Source: Trypanosoma brucei (taxonomy: Eukaryota). From it: 64,000 nucleotides of DNA. The translations under genes and the position numbers were made by a program. The stretch spans positions 1,216,001 to 1,280,000 of the forward strand of contig CM000207.1 in assembly GCA_000002445.1 (NCBI GenBank), in the 5' to 3' direction. Positions 23,701 to 35,359 of this stretch are shown in pieces (position 1 is the stretch's first letter; the number at the start of each line of letters is the position of its first letter). The notes under the pieces were generated by a model. It did no database searches and had not been told where the DNA came from. It saw only the letters and a program-made list of their open reading frames with translations.

Positions 23701-25509
23701 CTGCCGACCGCTATTTCACACGCAGATAAAGCCTGTGTGCGCCGATGACCCTGACGATGTCAAAAGGGAGGCTTCCGAAAAGTGGATTGCACGGCATTTT
23801 GCACGGGGGGGAGGAAGGAGCCACCGCGGCGAGAGCACTACGAATTGTGGACTGATGGATCCGTGTCCCTCGGTGAGAAGTCCGGAGCAGCTGCCCTGCT
23901 CTATAGAAACAACACGCTGATTTGCGCACCCAAAACTGGAGCAGGGGAACTTTCATGCAGTTACAGAGCGGAATGCGTAGTATTAGAGATAGGACTGCAA
24001 CGGCTGCTGAAATGGCTTCCGGCATACAGAAGCACACTGAGCAGGTTGTCCATCTTCTCTGACTCTCTGTCAATGTTAACAGCACTGCAGACAGGCCCCC
24101 TAGCCGTAACGGACCCAATTCTAAGACGACTATGGAGGCTTCTGCTTCAAGTTCAGAGAAGGAAGATGCGTATCCGACTGCAATTTGTGTTCGGCCATTG
24201 TGGTGTGAAACGGAATGAGGTTTGCGATGACATGGCGAAAAAGGCCGCAGATTTACCACAGTTGCGAGACACATGGATCCCCGACATCATTGCTTATGCG
24301 AAGCGAGTGCTTAGGTCGGAAGAAGTCCATGAGAACACTCATAGGTTTGGTATCACGGGCAACCACTTTCCAACAAAACATAAAGAAGAACTGACGAGGG
24401 AAGAAGAAACGGCACTGGCACGCTTTCGGGTTGGGTCTTCAAGACACTATGGATGGATGTTGCGAAAGATCAACCCGAGTGTGCCTCCACAGTGCCGATG
24501 GTGTAACCCGCAACATGCAGCGATAGGGCCAACAATACAAACAACCACACCTGTTGCGACACGCACTCTTCAGAGAACCTCCGAACCGACCAAATGTACG
24601 GAATGTGATGCCACATACCAATGCCGCTCGAGTGCTGTAACGCATATGGTAAACAAACATGGCTTTGTGCGAGCTGATGCCCTCCGGAGGATCAAATACG
24701 GCGATGCAACACCTGCAGTGGACATCCCCCCGGAGCCCCCTCCAGTGGTGGCGATCGTTCCTCTACCATCGAGCACACGAGTCCCGATGAGACCGCAGGT
24801 GCTTTATTGTACCCTCTGTGCCTCCAAATTCGCAGTGCCAGGCCGACTATTACACCACCTTAGAACAATACATGGCATAGGCAGCGGTAGTTGCCGCGTG
24901 AAAAGGGGGCGAGAAAACGAGGACTCAGTGCAAGGAGATGGTAGCGCTCCAGCAGCGCCAGCCCCTCAGGATACAAAGAAGCTGCCGTTTCAATGTGACC
25001 TGTGCGAGGCGAGCTTCGATACACGCTATTCCCTGTCACTACACAAGAAATTCAAACATAAGAGCATAGTGACGGAGGACGGTACCGTGGTGGTAGTGCA
25101 ATTCCCTCGTAACCGTGCCCGTGAGGGAAACGTTGACGTCCCGGGGAAGGGCGAGGTGCAGTGTGGTGTGTGCCAAAAAGTGCTCAGTTGCAGGGACTCC
25201 CTCATCCGACACTGTAAGGCTTTCCACAAAGGTGAGGGAGTCGAGCTTAAATGCAGCAAAAGCACAAAATTGTGTGCCACTGATTCCCCGCATACAAACA
25301 CATCCATGTTGGTGTGCCCGACATGCGGAAGGCAGTGTGCTAGCAAAACTGGCCTCACCCTACATCAAAAGAAGATGCACGGTATGAAGTTAGAGCGCGC
25401 TGTTACCAGCCAACGCGGCGACTGCGAAGAAACGTCGCTGCACTTGATGAGCTGCCCCGGTTTGAAGGAGTTACATGTCAGGTTTGCGGTAGAAGGTGTG
25501 TCTGTGTAG
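20764..25509 (+). pseudogene. Disrupted ingi polyprotein (APE - RT - RNase H - C2H2 zinc fingers) with several frameshifts.
   Basis: ORFs 20764..21201, 21241..21507, 21589..23361, 22979..23920 and 23782..25509 are in different frames but collinear with an L1Tc/ingi polyprotein. Includes a degenerate 2A-like motif DVEENPRP in the first ORF. Confidence 0.8.
20771..20850 (+). promoter_or_regulatory. Pr77-like conserved 5' hallmark / internal promoter of ingi/L1Tc-family retroelements.
   Basis: Matches the ~77-80 nt 5' sequence conserved among ingi, RIME, L1Tc and NARTc elements, as I remember it. Function is inferred from that family. Confidence 0.6.
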
Positions 25510-26031
25510 GATTTATGTTTTTCTAAAAGGCTGGCACAGTTTCTCACTGCGGTTGAACGGAGCCGGCCGAAGGTGAAGCCCTCACCTAAGGTAACAGACA
25601 TACAACCCACTCTCCCTTCTGCAACTTCCCCCTTATTGCCGAGTGTGGAGCTAGCAGGAAAAGCACCGGACGCAGGAATAGTCCAGACACCCTCAGAGAC
25701 AGAGGGGGTATGCAGTCAACAAGCAACAAAAACAGAAAGAAAGGAAGAGAATAATAAACGAATAACAAAAATCAAAACAAAAGGATTGCTAATTGACATC
25801 TTTTGGAGAGTCTGGGGTGTGGGGCTTCTCGCCCCATCTGCTGTGTTCCGTTCAACTGCGGAGCTACAACAAAAATTATAGAGCGTGTGTTAGGCTGAAT
25901 AAAAAAGGGAGACTCTGCCACAGTCGCCAGACCGATAGCGTCTCAGGGCTCTACGGTGATGGCTGATGGCCGCGCCAGTGGGAGGAAACTTTCACGAAGG
26001 CACGAAGAAAATTCGAAAAAAAAAATTGGCG
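20771..26031 (+). mobile_element. Degenerate ingi-type (ingi/L1Tc clade) non-LTR retrotransposon, ~5.26 kb. It runs from the conserved 5' hallmark to an A10 tail and is antisense to the surrounding gene cluster.
   Basis: Starts with CCCTGGCGATGCCGGCCACCTCAACGTGGTGCCAGGGTCCAGTACCCCGTATCATCGGGG, which I recall as the conserved 5' 'Pr77' of ingi/RIME. Its ORFs read as an AP-endonuclease N-terminus (MQWNCAGLSQGKRLALHKTLVDERIAFCLLSETRM), reverse transcriptase (21589..23361), RNase H (YELWTDGS) and five C2H2 zinc fingers (23782..25509). The ORFs are broken into at least five frames. A10 at 26021-26030. Confidence 0.85.
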
Positions 26032-27241
26032 TTGCCGCAACGGCTGTGGGAACGCCCTCTCACCCGCGCTGGGCCCGTAGCTTCAAACGAGGGCGAAACC
26101 TGAAAGTGATGGTGGCGTTTTTAAGGTGCAGGGTCGCGGTCAGCAGCGCATGGAAGTACTGGCGCACCTCGGTTGGGCACACAAGTGCTGATAAATGAGC
26201 AGCGCACAGTTTTTACAAGACAGCAGACGTGGCTAGCACGCCACGTATGAGCGGAGGATCAAAGTTACTTCCTAACGAGTGTGGGCACAGATGCGATCCG
26301 TACAGGCGAGGGAGCGTGAGGGACAAACATGAGAAACATGTATTCAGGGACTGTTGGTAATGAAGCGGGAGGGCCCGGAAACAGTGGACAATCACACGGC
26401 TTATCAAAACCAGATGAGCGGGAGTGTGGTAATGATAACCGGAATGTCGGCCACCATCAATGAAGATGCGGGGTCGCCGGTGAATGAGTCATCTGACACC
26501 GTTTCCGCAACAAACAGGCGGTGTCCTGTGAAGGAAAGTTATCGGTGGCAACAAAGGGCGGTGCGCAAGCCGTAGCGGGTGCATGTTGTTGCGGAGTGAA
26601 CACGAAAGGAAGGGTTGCAAAAATGGAAAGTCGCGTTGAACAACACCGCACATCCTTTGGGAACCCGCGTACACGAAAATCATCTTCGATAAGGTAGGGC
26701 CCGTTGCGCATGGTTAGCAATGCCTCGAGGTCGTGAAACCGAACGCTTCTCTTCACCAAACCCAAACAACATTTAAGTAAACACTATCATCTGTATTTTA
26801 AGGAATCCTGTATACCTTGGTCCAGTGGTTAAGTAGAGTACTCGTCGCAGATAATACCGGCATGGATCCCCGCTGGCGTAAAGTATTTAGCTTACACTAA
26901 GGATGGATCTGCCTCAACATGGCGCCAGGATCCAGTAACAGAAGAGAAATCAACTGGGAAACCAAATGTTCCATCCAAACGGCGGCCGCAACACCGGATA
27001 TGGTGCGACCACTCCGTGGGGAGAGAACCATTACTTAGTGTTCCACGGTCCAGTACCCTGCTCAGGTGGGGGAACCAAAATCCCTGATACAACTTCCGTC
27101 CGGGGAGGCGGATGGATATGGTAAACATGGTTCAGACGCAATGTGGGAGGGGTCGAATGGGCGTCAAATGGAGACCACCCTTCTAGATACGCGCACATAT
27201 GCGGTCACCCAGCCGTGGGTATCAATTCTCCAAAAAAAAAA
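26032..27241 (+). repeat. Possible second degenerate RIME/ingi-related remnant ending in an A11 tract.
   Basis: Contains two degenerate copies of the Pr77 core: gcctcaacatggcgccaggatccagtaac (~26909) and gtgttccacggtccagtaccctgctcaggtggggg (~27040). Ends at the a11 run 27231-27241. Confidence 0.3.
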
Positions 27242-28397
27242 ACAGGGGGTTTTATTGGGTAGCAATGTCTGTATCCACCGTTGAGCCCCACACTACCATG
27301 TCCTCACGGCGTGGTGTGCGTAAATGAATTTCCTTCTTATTCTCTGGTGGACCGACTGCATGGCCCTGACAGTTGCGGGAGGAAAAAAGTCCTGTATAAG
27401 AGTAACCAAAAAACGAATCGACCCTCCAGTCTACGTCAGAGAATCGTCCTTACAAGTCAACTGAGGAACCTTTTTCCGTACCCTTAAAACATGCCTGCGA
27501 TAAACCCCTCACCGTCCACCACGCAGCACGTACACATTTGTTACCTGAGGTTGCGGTTGCTGAGCAGTTGTCTGGTGTGTGTTTTGATGCTGTTGTTGCG
27601 GCAACGTTTCATGTGCCAAAGAAAATTATGAAATATATCCAATAAGTGTTTCTGCAACGAATAAGTAAGGTTATGTGAAACTAAAACACATAAAAGGATC
27701 ACTGCTTTCCATAGTTCCTGCATGAGCAGAGAATTGTTGGCACATAACATCTACTAACACTAGCCATACTGACAGCAACTTATTCCTCCTGCCCTCCGCC
27801 CTTGCACACACACCTCACAGTAACCAGTAACACCTCACAACTATTTTAAACATTCGGCTTATTGTCTCAACAAAAGTCAGAGGGTTAGTGACTTTCCTCT
27901 GTCACAAGCGGGGTTATTGCGACGGTAAGTTATTCCATTTTATCCACACATATATCAAATACAAAAAGTAATAATTAAGTGATGTCGCGTAACTGTTTTA
28001 GTCATAATTCAATGTGGAGTGTTGCGACCTTCAATTTCTTTCGAAGTGCGAGTTGGAGGCCATAAGCTTCTTCTCCTTGTTGGTAGTTATGTGGGACATG
28101 TTAGTTGGACTCGGTCACCATAAGTTCTGTCGTCTAACAGATAACAACAACATTATTTCTAAAAATTGTTATATACATTCAAAGAGTGAAATAGAGTGCA
28201 TTTGGATAGAATAAATTAAGTCTCAAAGCAACAAAAAGATACTGTTGAATTTACTGCAAACACATTACACAAACACTTTCAATGAACAAACACATTATAC
28301 CATTAACACAATTAAATTCCAAATACTATAACACATGTATTCTGTTCCAAAAAGTTACAATAAGTATTATGGTAATCACATCATAAGGTTATCACGA

Positions 28398-29366
28398 TTA
28401 AAGAAAAAAGGAAAAAAATGAAATCACAAGTGCAAATAATTTTTCCACCATATCTACATTTCGGTTATAAGCATAAGCACCATCAAAGGGTTTCCTCCTC
28501 ATGTAAGATAACATTGGTAGCAACATTGTATCATCAAGAAGGCATTGCTCCCTCTGTGCTGCAGTAAGATTGAGCCATGAGTTTTCAAGATACATTTTGT
28601 CAAGTTCCGCCTTTACACTGGGAGTGCTGTAACATGTTTCGGCAGAGCAAACGGTGCAACTGCGTTTCTTCATTCCTTCCTCAAACATTTGCGTCATCGA
28701 ATTAAGATGTCTTTTCAGGTTGTAAAGAGAAGCATTTTTCATCCGCAGGATTTCTGTTGTGGAATTAATAATATGTTGGGTAATGCTGTCGTTGCACTGT
28801 TGCTTTGACTTGTCAATTTTTTTAATTTTCTCTTTGTTTGATGTTTGAAGGGTCGCAACTGTTTCAGTTGAATATGTTGCTTTTTTGCTGTTCTCGCTGC
28901 ATATTACTTCTTCTGCCTTTTTAATTATTATTTTTTTTGCTTGTATTTTTTCTTTCCATCGCTGGAGTTCAGCCTTCAAGTTCTTGACCTGTTGTTCATA
29001 GGGTTTTGTTTTTGTGATTACCGGTTTGTTGCACAAACCTCTCCCTTCCACTTCGTCTTGCAACAATTTGTGTTTTTGAACTAATTCGTCAAGGGTTTTC
29101 TCGTTACTGCACTTCCAAAGCTTAGGAACGTTGGAATAATCAATCAAATCACAGAAGACCCAGTTCTTCTCATGGCTGTACGATCCTCGAACTGTCAAAG
29201 AAAGCCTTATCATATGATCCGTGTAATCCTCCTCCATCCATTTTGTATAATCGCAAGAATCAGCGCTTGCCCATTCACTTAAGCGAGACATCAGTAGCAA
29301 AACTCCAAATAGCATTCGCATTTTCCTAACGTCCCTGCGGAAGATAACATGAAACAGAACATTCAT
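28398..29366 (-). CDS. Array unit 1, type B: surface protein paralogue with a C-terminal hydrophobic tail (GPI-anchor or tail-anchor signal). C-terminus CTVCSAETCYSTPSVKAELDKMYLENSW...KPFDGAYAYNRNVDMVEKLFALVISFFSFFL.
   Basis: ATG at 29364-29366. The signal-peptide ATG (MRMLFGVLLLMSRLSEWASA) is at 29319-29321 and is probably the real start. Conserved W[IV]FCD...LWKCSNEKTL motif. Coiled-coil middle. Confidence 0.7.
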   Translation of the reverse strand: MNVLFHVIFRRDVRKMRMLFGVLLLMSRLSEWASADSCDYTKWMEEDYTDHMIRLSLTVRGSYSHEKNWVFCDLIDYSNVPKLWKCSNEKTLDELVQKHKLLQDEVEGRGLCNKPVITKTKPYEQQVKNLKAELQRWKEKIQAKKIIIKKAEEVICSENSKKATYSTETVATLQTSNKEKIKKIDKSKQQCNDSITQHIINSTTEILRMKNASLYNLKRHLNSMTQMFEEGMKKRSCTVCSAETCYSTPSVKAELDKMYLENSWLNLTAAQREQCLLDDTMLLPMLSYMRRKPFDGAYAYNRNVDMVEKLFALVISFFSFFL

Positions 29367-29595
29367 TTATTTTGCCCAAAACACACCTGCATAAGAGGGG
29401 CAATATTTTCATCTAAAGGACAAAACCAACTGTACCGATTCGCAAAATGATAATACCATGATAATTAACTAACATGTATGATATCCATAAAAATTCCATT
29501 ATTATTTCACATGATGGAAAGAAACATCTGCTTAAACTAACAGATTAATAAGTAAGAAAAGATACAAACATAGCATATTTTATTTCCATAGCTGT

Positions 29596-30453
29596 TTACA
29601 TGTTTTCATTATATTTTGAATTATTCCCTTCAGTATCCTCATGTGGCGCCCCGCATTTAACACCTGATTTTGTCCATCCATCTTTTCCATATAATTTATC
29701 CAAATTTTCCTTTATGTGCACATCATCCCAACAAGTCCCAGCGTCACATGCGGGACAATTATTATTTCCAAGTTTTTCCAGCTGTTGTTCCTTCAGTTCT
29801 ATTGCTTTCTTCACACTTTCGATTTCTTTGTCCATTCTTTCTAGTTCAAGGTCGTATTCCACTTGCTTTTGTAGCTTTTTTTTTTTGCACTCTGTTGCCT
29901 CTTTTTCCGAAAGTGTGTCCAGCCGTGCACTTTCGTTCGTGAGGTCCCGTATCTTACCATCCTCTTGTGACATCGTTTTCATTTCCTTTTGGCACTTCTT
30001 CTTTTCTTGAACCTCCCGTGTACTCCCTTCTTGAAGTCTCGCATGCTCCTCCTTCGCCTCCTCAATTTGCTGCTGCAGTTGCGCCACCTGCTCTTTAAGA
30101 AGCCTCACTGAACTATCTACCTTCGCTTTGCAAACAGTTACGTCACCCACTTCACCGCTCCAGTTGAATTTGCTGGTTATGAGGCTTGTCGGATTATTGT
30201 TACTTGAAGTACCACAAAACCACAACAATTCACTTCCACCTTCCCTCCTTCCGCTGTTGTTGCATAACATCCACTTGTAATTTCCGTTCGCAAATTCATC
30301 AGCGTTTACTATCACGGCATGAATATCCTCCTCTCTTCCGTCTACTTCATACCTTCTCAAGGTGCAACCTTCTGCCTTCCCTTCCCCCCTCCCACTAAAA
30401 AGCAATAGCGTCATCCCCGCCCACAAGAACATAGCTTTCCCACGCCCTTTCAT
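29596..30453 (-). CDS. Array unit 1, type A: secreted coiled-coil protein with no C-terminal hydrophobic tail. Ends ...NCPACDAGTCWDDVHIKENLDKLYGKDGWTKSGVKCGAPHEDTEGNNSKYNENM.
   Basis: The track ORF 29596..30468 starts at GTG. The first ATG is at 30451-30453 (MKGRGKAMFLWAGMTLLLFSG, a signal peptide). Conserved KWMLCN, LWFC, NWS motifs and the C-terminal Cys motif. Several N-x-S/T sequons. Confidence 0.7.
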   Translation of the reverse strand: MKGRGKAMFLWAGMTLLLFSGRGEGKAEGCTLRRYEVDGREEDIHAVIVNADEFANGNYKWMLCNNSGRREGGSELLWFCGTSSNNNPTSLITSKFNWSGEVGDVTVCKAKVDSSVRLLKEQVAQLQQQIEEAKEEHARLQEGSTREVQEKKKCQKEMKTMSQEDGKIRDLTNESARLDTLSEKEATECKKKKLQKQVEYDLELERMDKEIESVKKAIELKEQQLEKLGNNNCPACDAGTCWDDVHIKENLDKLYGKDGWTKSGVKCGAPHEDTEGNNSKYNENM

Positions 30454-33016
30454 ATTGTAACTTTGCACTATATGCCTTTCAAAAACCTTGTTGTCCTTGT
30501 TAACAAATGCGTATATAAATCAAATGAAATAATGGCAACAGCGAGTGTTAATTATAGTGACGGCAGCTTCTTTTCTTACTCTGAAGTAGCACTGAATTTA
30601 TTTCTCCATTGACACACGGCACAATGGCAGGACACAAATAAAGCTGAAAGTAAAATTTAACAAAAATAATATGTGATCCAAATACCAAACGGGTGTGGCA
30701 CCATGCATATCCAAGTGCAAACCTTTCACAGAAGATATACACGAAATAAATGAACACACATTTTCTGATCATCACACGCATATGCATATCCTACATTAAT
30801 TTCAGTTAACAGTTTTTCTCCTTAGCGATCCCTACTTCATCCCCGCATGTCTCACATTTATGTTCCTCATAACCTACAACACATATCAGATGCGCTGCCA
30901 CTTCCATCCTACCACCACAAACTCACATCAAATCCCCTCCTTTTTCCCCTCCCTCTGCATAAAGTTGCAATTCAACAAATGCAGCAGCATCACAATTCTG
31001 GAGATTCCGGTAATGCGATCACCCTGAAGAACAATTAATATTAACGGGCTGCATCTCTCACTACAATTCCACATAACGACACACCCCATGAAATATGAGA
31101 ACTTTTGGTGACATTATATCGTTTGGCATTTCCTACCAACATTCAAAAGGATTTGCCACACATCACAATTAGTTGCTGTATATCGTAAAACACCGTGAAA
31201 TAGTGTAGCAGTACGAGAAAAGGGGAGTCTAGTCCCTCTCCCGTAACTTCATCATTTCAATAAATGCTAACAGTATTCACGACCCAATACAAAAGACAAG
31301 GAACAACAACATATGGGAGATTTTACAGAATCCCACTTCTCTGCATCACAGCATCACCCTCGATGGCTCCTACACCTCGAGTTGAAGTAGACATGATAAT
31401 TCATACAGGGGTCGAACGGAAAGATAACATATATATATGTATATACATAACATATGATACGTAATACGTAATACATATTCCAGCACTTTTGTTGCTATCC
31501 ACAGAGATTTGACATGTTGGGAAACAAAATATACAGAATCAACATTACTCCAATTGCATCAGCCTCACAACACATTCGAGCGAGGGAATTGTGTAGAACT
31601 CAAGTACTGGAAATGTGAGATGCCATAAACATGTAACGATTAAACTTGAAAACAAATGCAATCTGGAAGTAAGTGTAACTAATGTATGGAATGACTGGAA
31701 TTGTTGGAAATACAGAATTTAATATAACTAAAAATAATACGTGTATTTTCATGCCACACGGAATAAAAAATGTGATAGAATACAACAACAGTAACCACAG
31801 TGGCTGAAATTCAAATAACACAGTTAAGTCACAGTTGCAGCATAAACACTTCTGGAAAGACTCCATAAAGGGTAAGAAAACTAATCATATTTCAAAGACT
31901 CAATTAGGCGTGGAAGAGAAACGGCAACTGGTACAAAATTAATGTAACTGCAGGAACATAGTGACACCAAGTGGCCATAAACTCAAGCGCCTGATGTGAA
32001 ACCTCATCTCCTGAATCTTATTAGTAATGTGTAAAGAAAAAAGAAAGTAAAGAATCATTACACTCAATGCTTCTATCATTGCATATTTTGAATGTTTGTA
32101 AGTAAGCTAAGCTATTATATTGTGCGTATATTTATATTTTTTCTTCCCCTGGTAAAAGAGTAATGAATAAGAAGAGCTTATTCAAAAGAAAAATACTGAA
32201 GTGTAGTAGTGAAAACAACAATGCTTGCAGCAACTGAAAGAGCAGTGAGTGCACAAATGAATATGCTCATGCAATGCCTTCAACTTCACGCACGTTTAGC
32301 ATAATATGAGTTACAGAGGCATCACTTAGTAGAAAAAAATAATAAAGCGTGGAAAAATAATAATAATAATAATAATAGTGGTAATCGTAATACCAAAGAA
32401 ATAGAGGTTATAGGGGTGGCAATAATAGTAACAAATTTACTATATATGGAAAAGAAAGTGTCGTATTCTCGAAAGTAATAAAGAGAGTAATAAGAAAAGG
32501 AAGAAGTGCAACACTGAATATTTTACTGGTTGAAACTGATTCGAAGAGAACATGATATCAATAGAGTTGTAGGTGCTTCTCAATTCAGTAAAATGGTTGC
32601 GACCACACAAATATGTTTTCCCTCTCATGCACAAACTCTCCTTCCTTTCCTCTCTTTGTTTCTTACTCATATGCCTTCATTTTCTTATATTTTTGTTCTC
32701 ACTTTTCTAAACCTTCAATTCGCTTCGTTATAAAGCCACTCAAATCTCGAACTACCAGTTTTGATAAATGCACCATGTCGAGTAAAACTTCCCCATGAGG
32801 ACAGAAAACATGTTGACAAGAGGAGTGACATAATCATTCACTGGTTAGAGTCCACACTCGCAACAATGGAAAGAAATAAATCAGAAGTAAAACAACAAAG
32901 AGAAAAACAAATTATATGGAAACACCAGCTTTCCCATTCCTCTCTTATCGCCTCAATATATCTTTCTTTCTTTCCTTTCTCCCTACAAACATTTGCCTCT
33001 TTCCTATACTGATAAT

Positions 33017-33310
33017 TTATTGAGTTGGTTGCTGCTCACTTTGACACTGTGTAAAGATTTCCCATGCCCATTTACATGGTGCCGCATTGCCTTCATTTGC
33101 TTCCAAACATTTTGCATAAGTTTGGACATGAGCTGCACAGGCACCGTTACCAACTTGTTGTGCCACCTGTTGCAACTCAGTGGGTTGTGCAGGCGGGGCA
33201 TTGCGGTCGAAGAGCATATGTGAAATGCCGTGGCCAATGACGGAACCGGCTGCAACTGATGCCACATTTCCAAGGAGACCGCTACCCATTCCACCACGCA
33301 GCACGTACAC
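33017..33310 (-). pseudogene. N-terminally truncated CHCH-domain copy in array unit 2.
   Basis: The track start is GTG (33308-33310 reads cac). The conserved helix and twin Cx9C are intact. Confidence 0.6.
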
Positions 33311-34153
33311 ATTTGTTACCTGAGGTTGCGGTTGCTGAGCAGTTGTCTGGTGCGTGTTTTGATGCTGTTGTCGTGTGCCAAAGAAAATTATGAAATATAT
33401 CCAATAAGTGTTTCTGCAACGAATAAGTAAGGTTATGTGAAACTAAAACACATAAAAGGATCACTGCTTTCCATAGTTCCTGCATGAGCAGAGAATTGTT
33501 GGCACATAACATCTACTAACACTAGCCATACTGACAGCAACTTATTCCTCCTGCCCTCCATCCTTGCACACACACCTCACAGTAACCAGTAACACTTCAC
33601 AACTATTTTAAACATCTGGCTTATTGTCTCAACAAAAGTCAGAGGGTTAGTAACTTTCCTCGTGTCGCATGCGAGGTTGCTGCAAAATGCGAAGAGTTCC
33701 ACCTTATCGCACACACATATCAAATACAAAGAGTAATAATTAAGTAATGTCGCGTAACTGTTTTAGTTATAATTCAACGTGAAGTGTTACGGATCCTAAT
33801 TCCTTTCAGATTGGAAACCGCAAACCATACAGTCCTGCTTCTTGTTACAAGTCAAGTGGGACATGCTAATTGGATTCAACTTCAATTAATTCCGTCATTT
33901 GCAGGTAGCAATAACATCTATCCTAAGAATTGTTATTTGCATTTAAAGGGTGAAATTGAGTGCATTCAGATAAAACAAAATAAGACTCATAGCAACAGCA
34001 AAAAGAGACTCTTTAGGGTTTATGGCAAACACAATCAATGAACAAACACACTATACCATTAACACAATTAAATTCCAAATACTATAACACATGTATTCTG
34101 TTCCAAAAAGTTACAATAAGTATTATGGTAATCACATCATAAGATTATTCCGG

Positions 34154-35263
34154 TCAAATTAAAAAGCATAAAAATGAAATTAGAAGTGCAAATAGTTTTT
34201 CCATCATATCTACATTTTGGTTATAAGCATAAGCACCATCAAAGGGTTTCCTCCTCATGTAAGATAACATTGGTAGCAACATTGTATCATCAAGAAGGCA
34301 TTGCTCCCTCTGTGCTGCGGTAAGATTGAGCCATGAGTTTTCAAGATACATTTTGTCAAGTTCCGCCTTTACACTGGGAGTGCTGTAACATGTTTCGGCA
34401 GAGCAAGCGGTGCAACTGCGTTTCTTCATTCCTTCCTCAAAATTTCGTGTCAACGACTTTAACGTTTCCTTTAAGTCCTGGAGGGAAGCAAGTGCTGCAT
34501 TTATCCTTGTCTCTTGAGGACCGGCGATGTATTGCGTAATGTTTTTGTCGCATCGTTTCTTCTCCTTTGTGATGCTGGCTTGTTGTTCGTCAATATCTTC
34601 CTGTAGGCTCTCAATACTTGCACTCATTTCCTTTAATTTTGTAAGTTTATGATGGCATTTTCCGCTTTCCTCTTTCTTTTTGTCTTGTTCTCGTAGCACA
34701 GTGGCCACTTGATCTTCCTTCTTATTAAGTTCGATTTGCAAATCTGTAACTTTTTGTTTGTCCGCCCCCGTTTGGCTAGTTACTGTTATATTGCACAAAC
34801 CTCTTTTTTCTACTTCGTTTTGTAAAGGCTTGTTTTTCTCAACCAATTCATTTAGAGTTTTATCGTTGTCGCAGGTCCAAAGCTTAGGTTCCGTATCATG
34901 TTTCAGAGAATAGCAAAATATCCACGTTTTATCAACTTCAAAAAAATTTTCACTATTTGAAAAAAATCTCCTCCCGTAACCACTGTAATCATCTCCCCTC
35001 CACGTTACGTCACTGCATCGTTCATCACTTGCTCTCACAGTTAAGCAAAATATCAGCAACAATAATCCAAACAGTATTCGCATCTTCCTAATAATCTTAT
35101 AGCAGTTATCACGGAACAAAGCACGCATATATTTTTTCCATAAACACATTTGCATAAGAATAACCAAATTTACCATTAATGGAACAAAACCAACTGTACC
35201 GATTCGCAAAATGATATTATCATGATAATTAACTAACATGTATGATATCCATAAAAATTCCAT
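34154..35263 (-). CDS. Array unit 2, type B: surface protein with a C-terminal hydrophobic tail.
   Basis: ATG at 35261-35263 gives a 60 aa N-terminal extension. The signal-peptide ATG (MRILFGLLLLIFCLTVRA) is at 35081-35083 and is more plausible as the start. The C-terminal 90 aa are near-identical to the other B copies. Confidence 0.7.
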   Translation of the reverse strand: MEFLWISYMLVNYHDNIILRIGTVGFVPLMVNLVILMQMCLWKKYMRALFRDNCYKIIRKMRILFGLLLLIFCLTVRASDERCSDVTWRGDDYSGYGRRFFSNSENFFEVDKTWIFCYSLKHDTEPKLWTCDNDKTLNELVEKNKPLQNEVEKRGLCNITVTSQTGADKQKVTDLQIELNKKEDQVATVLREQDKKKEESGKCHHKLTKLKEMSASIESLQEDIDEQQASITKEKKRCDKNITQYIAGPQETRINAALASLQDLKETLKSLTRNFEEGMKKRSCTACSAETCYSTPSVKAELDKMYLENSWLNLTAAQREQCLLDDTMLLPMLSYMRRKPFDGAYAYNQNVDMMEKLFALLISFLCFLI

Positions 35264-35359
35264 TATTAATTCACATAGTGGAAAGAAATCTCTGCTGATA
35301 CTGACAGATTAATAAGTAAGAAAAGATACGAACCCAACATATTTTATTTCCATAACTGT

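Noticed and set aside
22979-23920. A 313 aa ORF inside the ingi element, read as a separate gene.
   Set aside because: It is the frameshifted continuation of the RT/RNase H polyprotein. It is collinear with the L1Tc/ingi ORF and is not an independent gene.
26795-26885. tRNA-like string (ggtccagtggttaag...ggatccccgc) inside the second retroelement remnant.
   Set aside because: It cannot be folded into a cloverleaf with proper D and T arms. There is no GTTCRANYC T-loop. It resembles the Pr77-like repeat just downstream, so it is more likely part of the degenerate RIME-like sequence.
29600-30010. Plus-strand ORFs of 60-140 aa antisense to the array genes (for example 29600..30010, 35718..36041, 41566..41985, 47311..47730 and 53065..53265).
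   Set aside because: They overlap the well-supported minus-strand A and B genes on the opposite strand. They have Ser/Phe/Leu-rich low-complexity composition typical of antisense reading of coiled-coil genes. They recur only because the units are duplicated.
33784-34041. A small intergenic ORF (MLRILIPFRLETANH...) perfectly conserved in three units; also the recurring MKLIRREHDINRVVG... and MESFQKCLCCNCDLTV... ORFs.
   Set aside because: Conservation here reflects near-identity of the whole non-coding unit, not coding constraint. Differences between copies include frameshifts. Several of the track 'M' starts are GTG or TTG.
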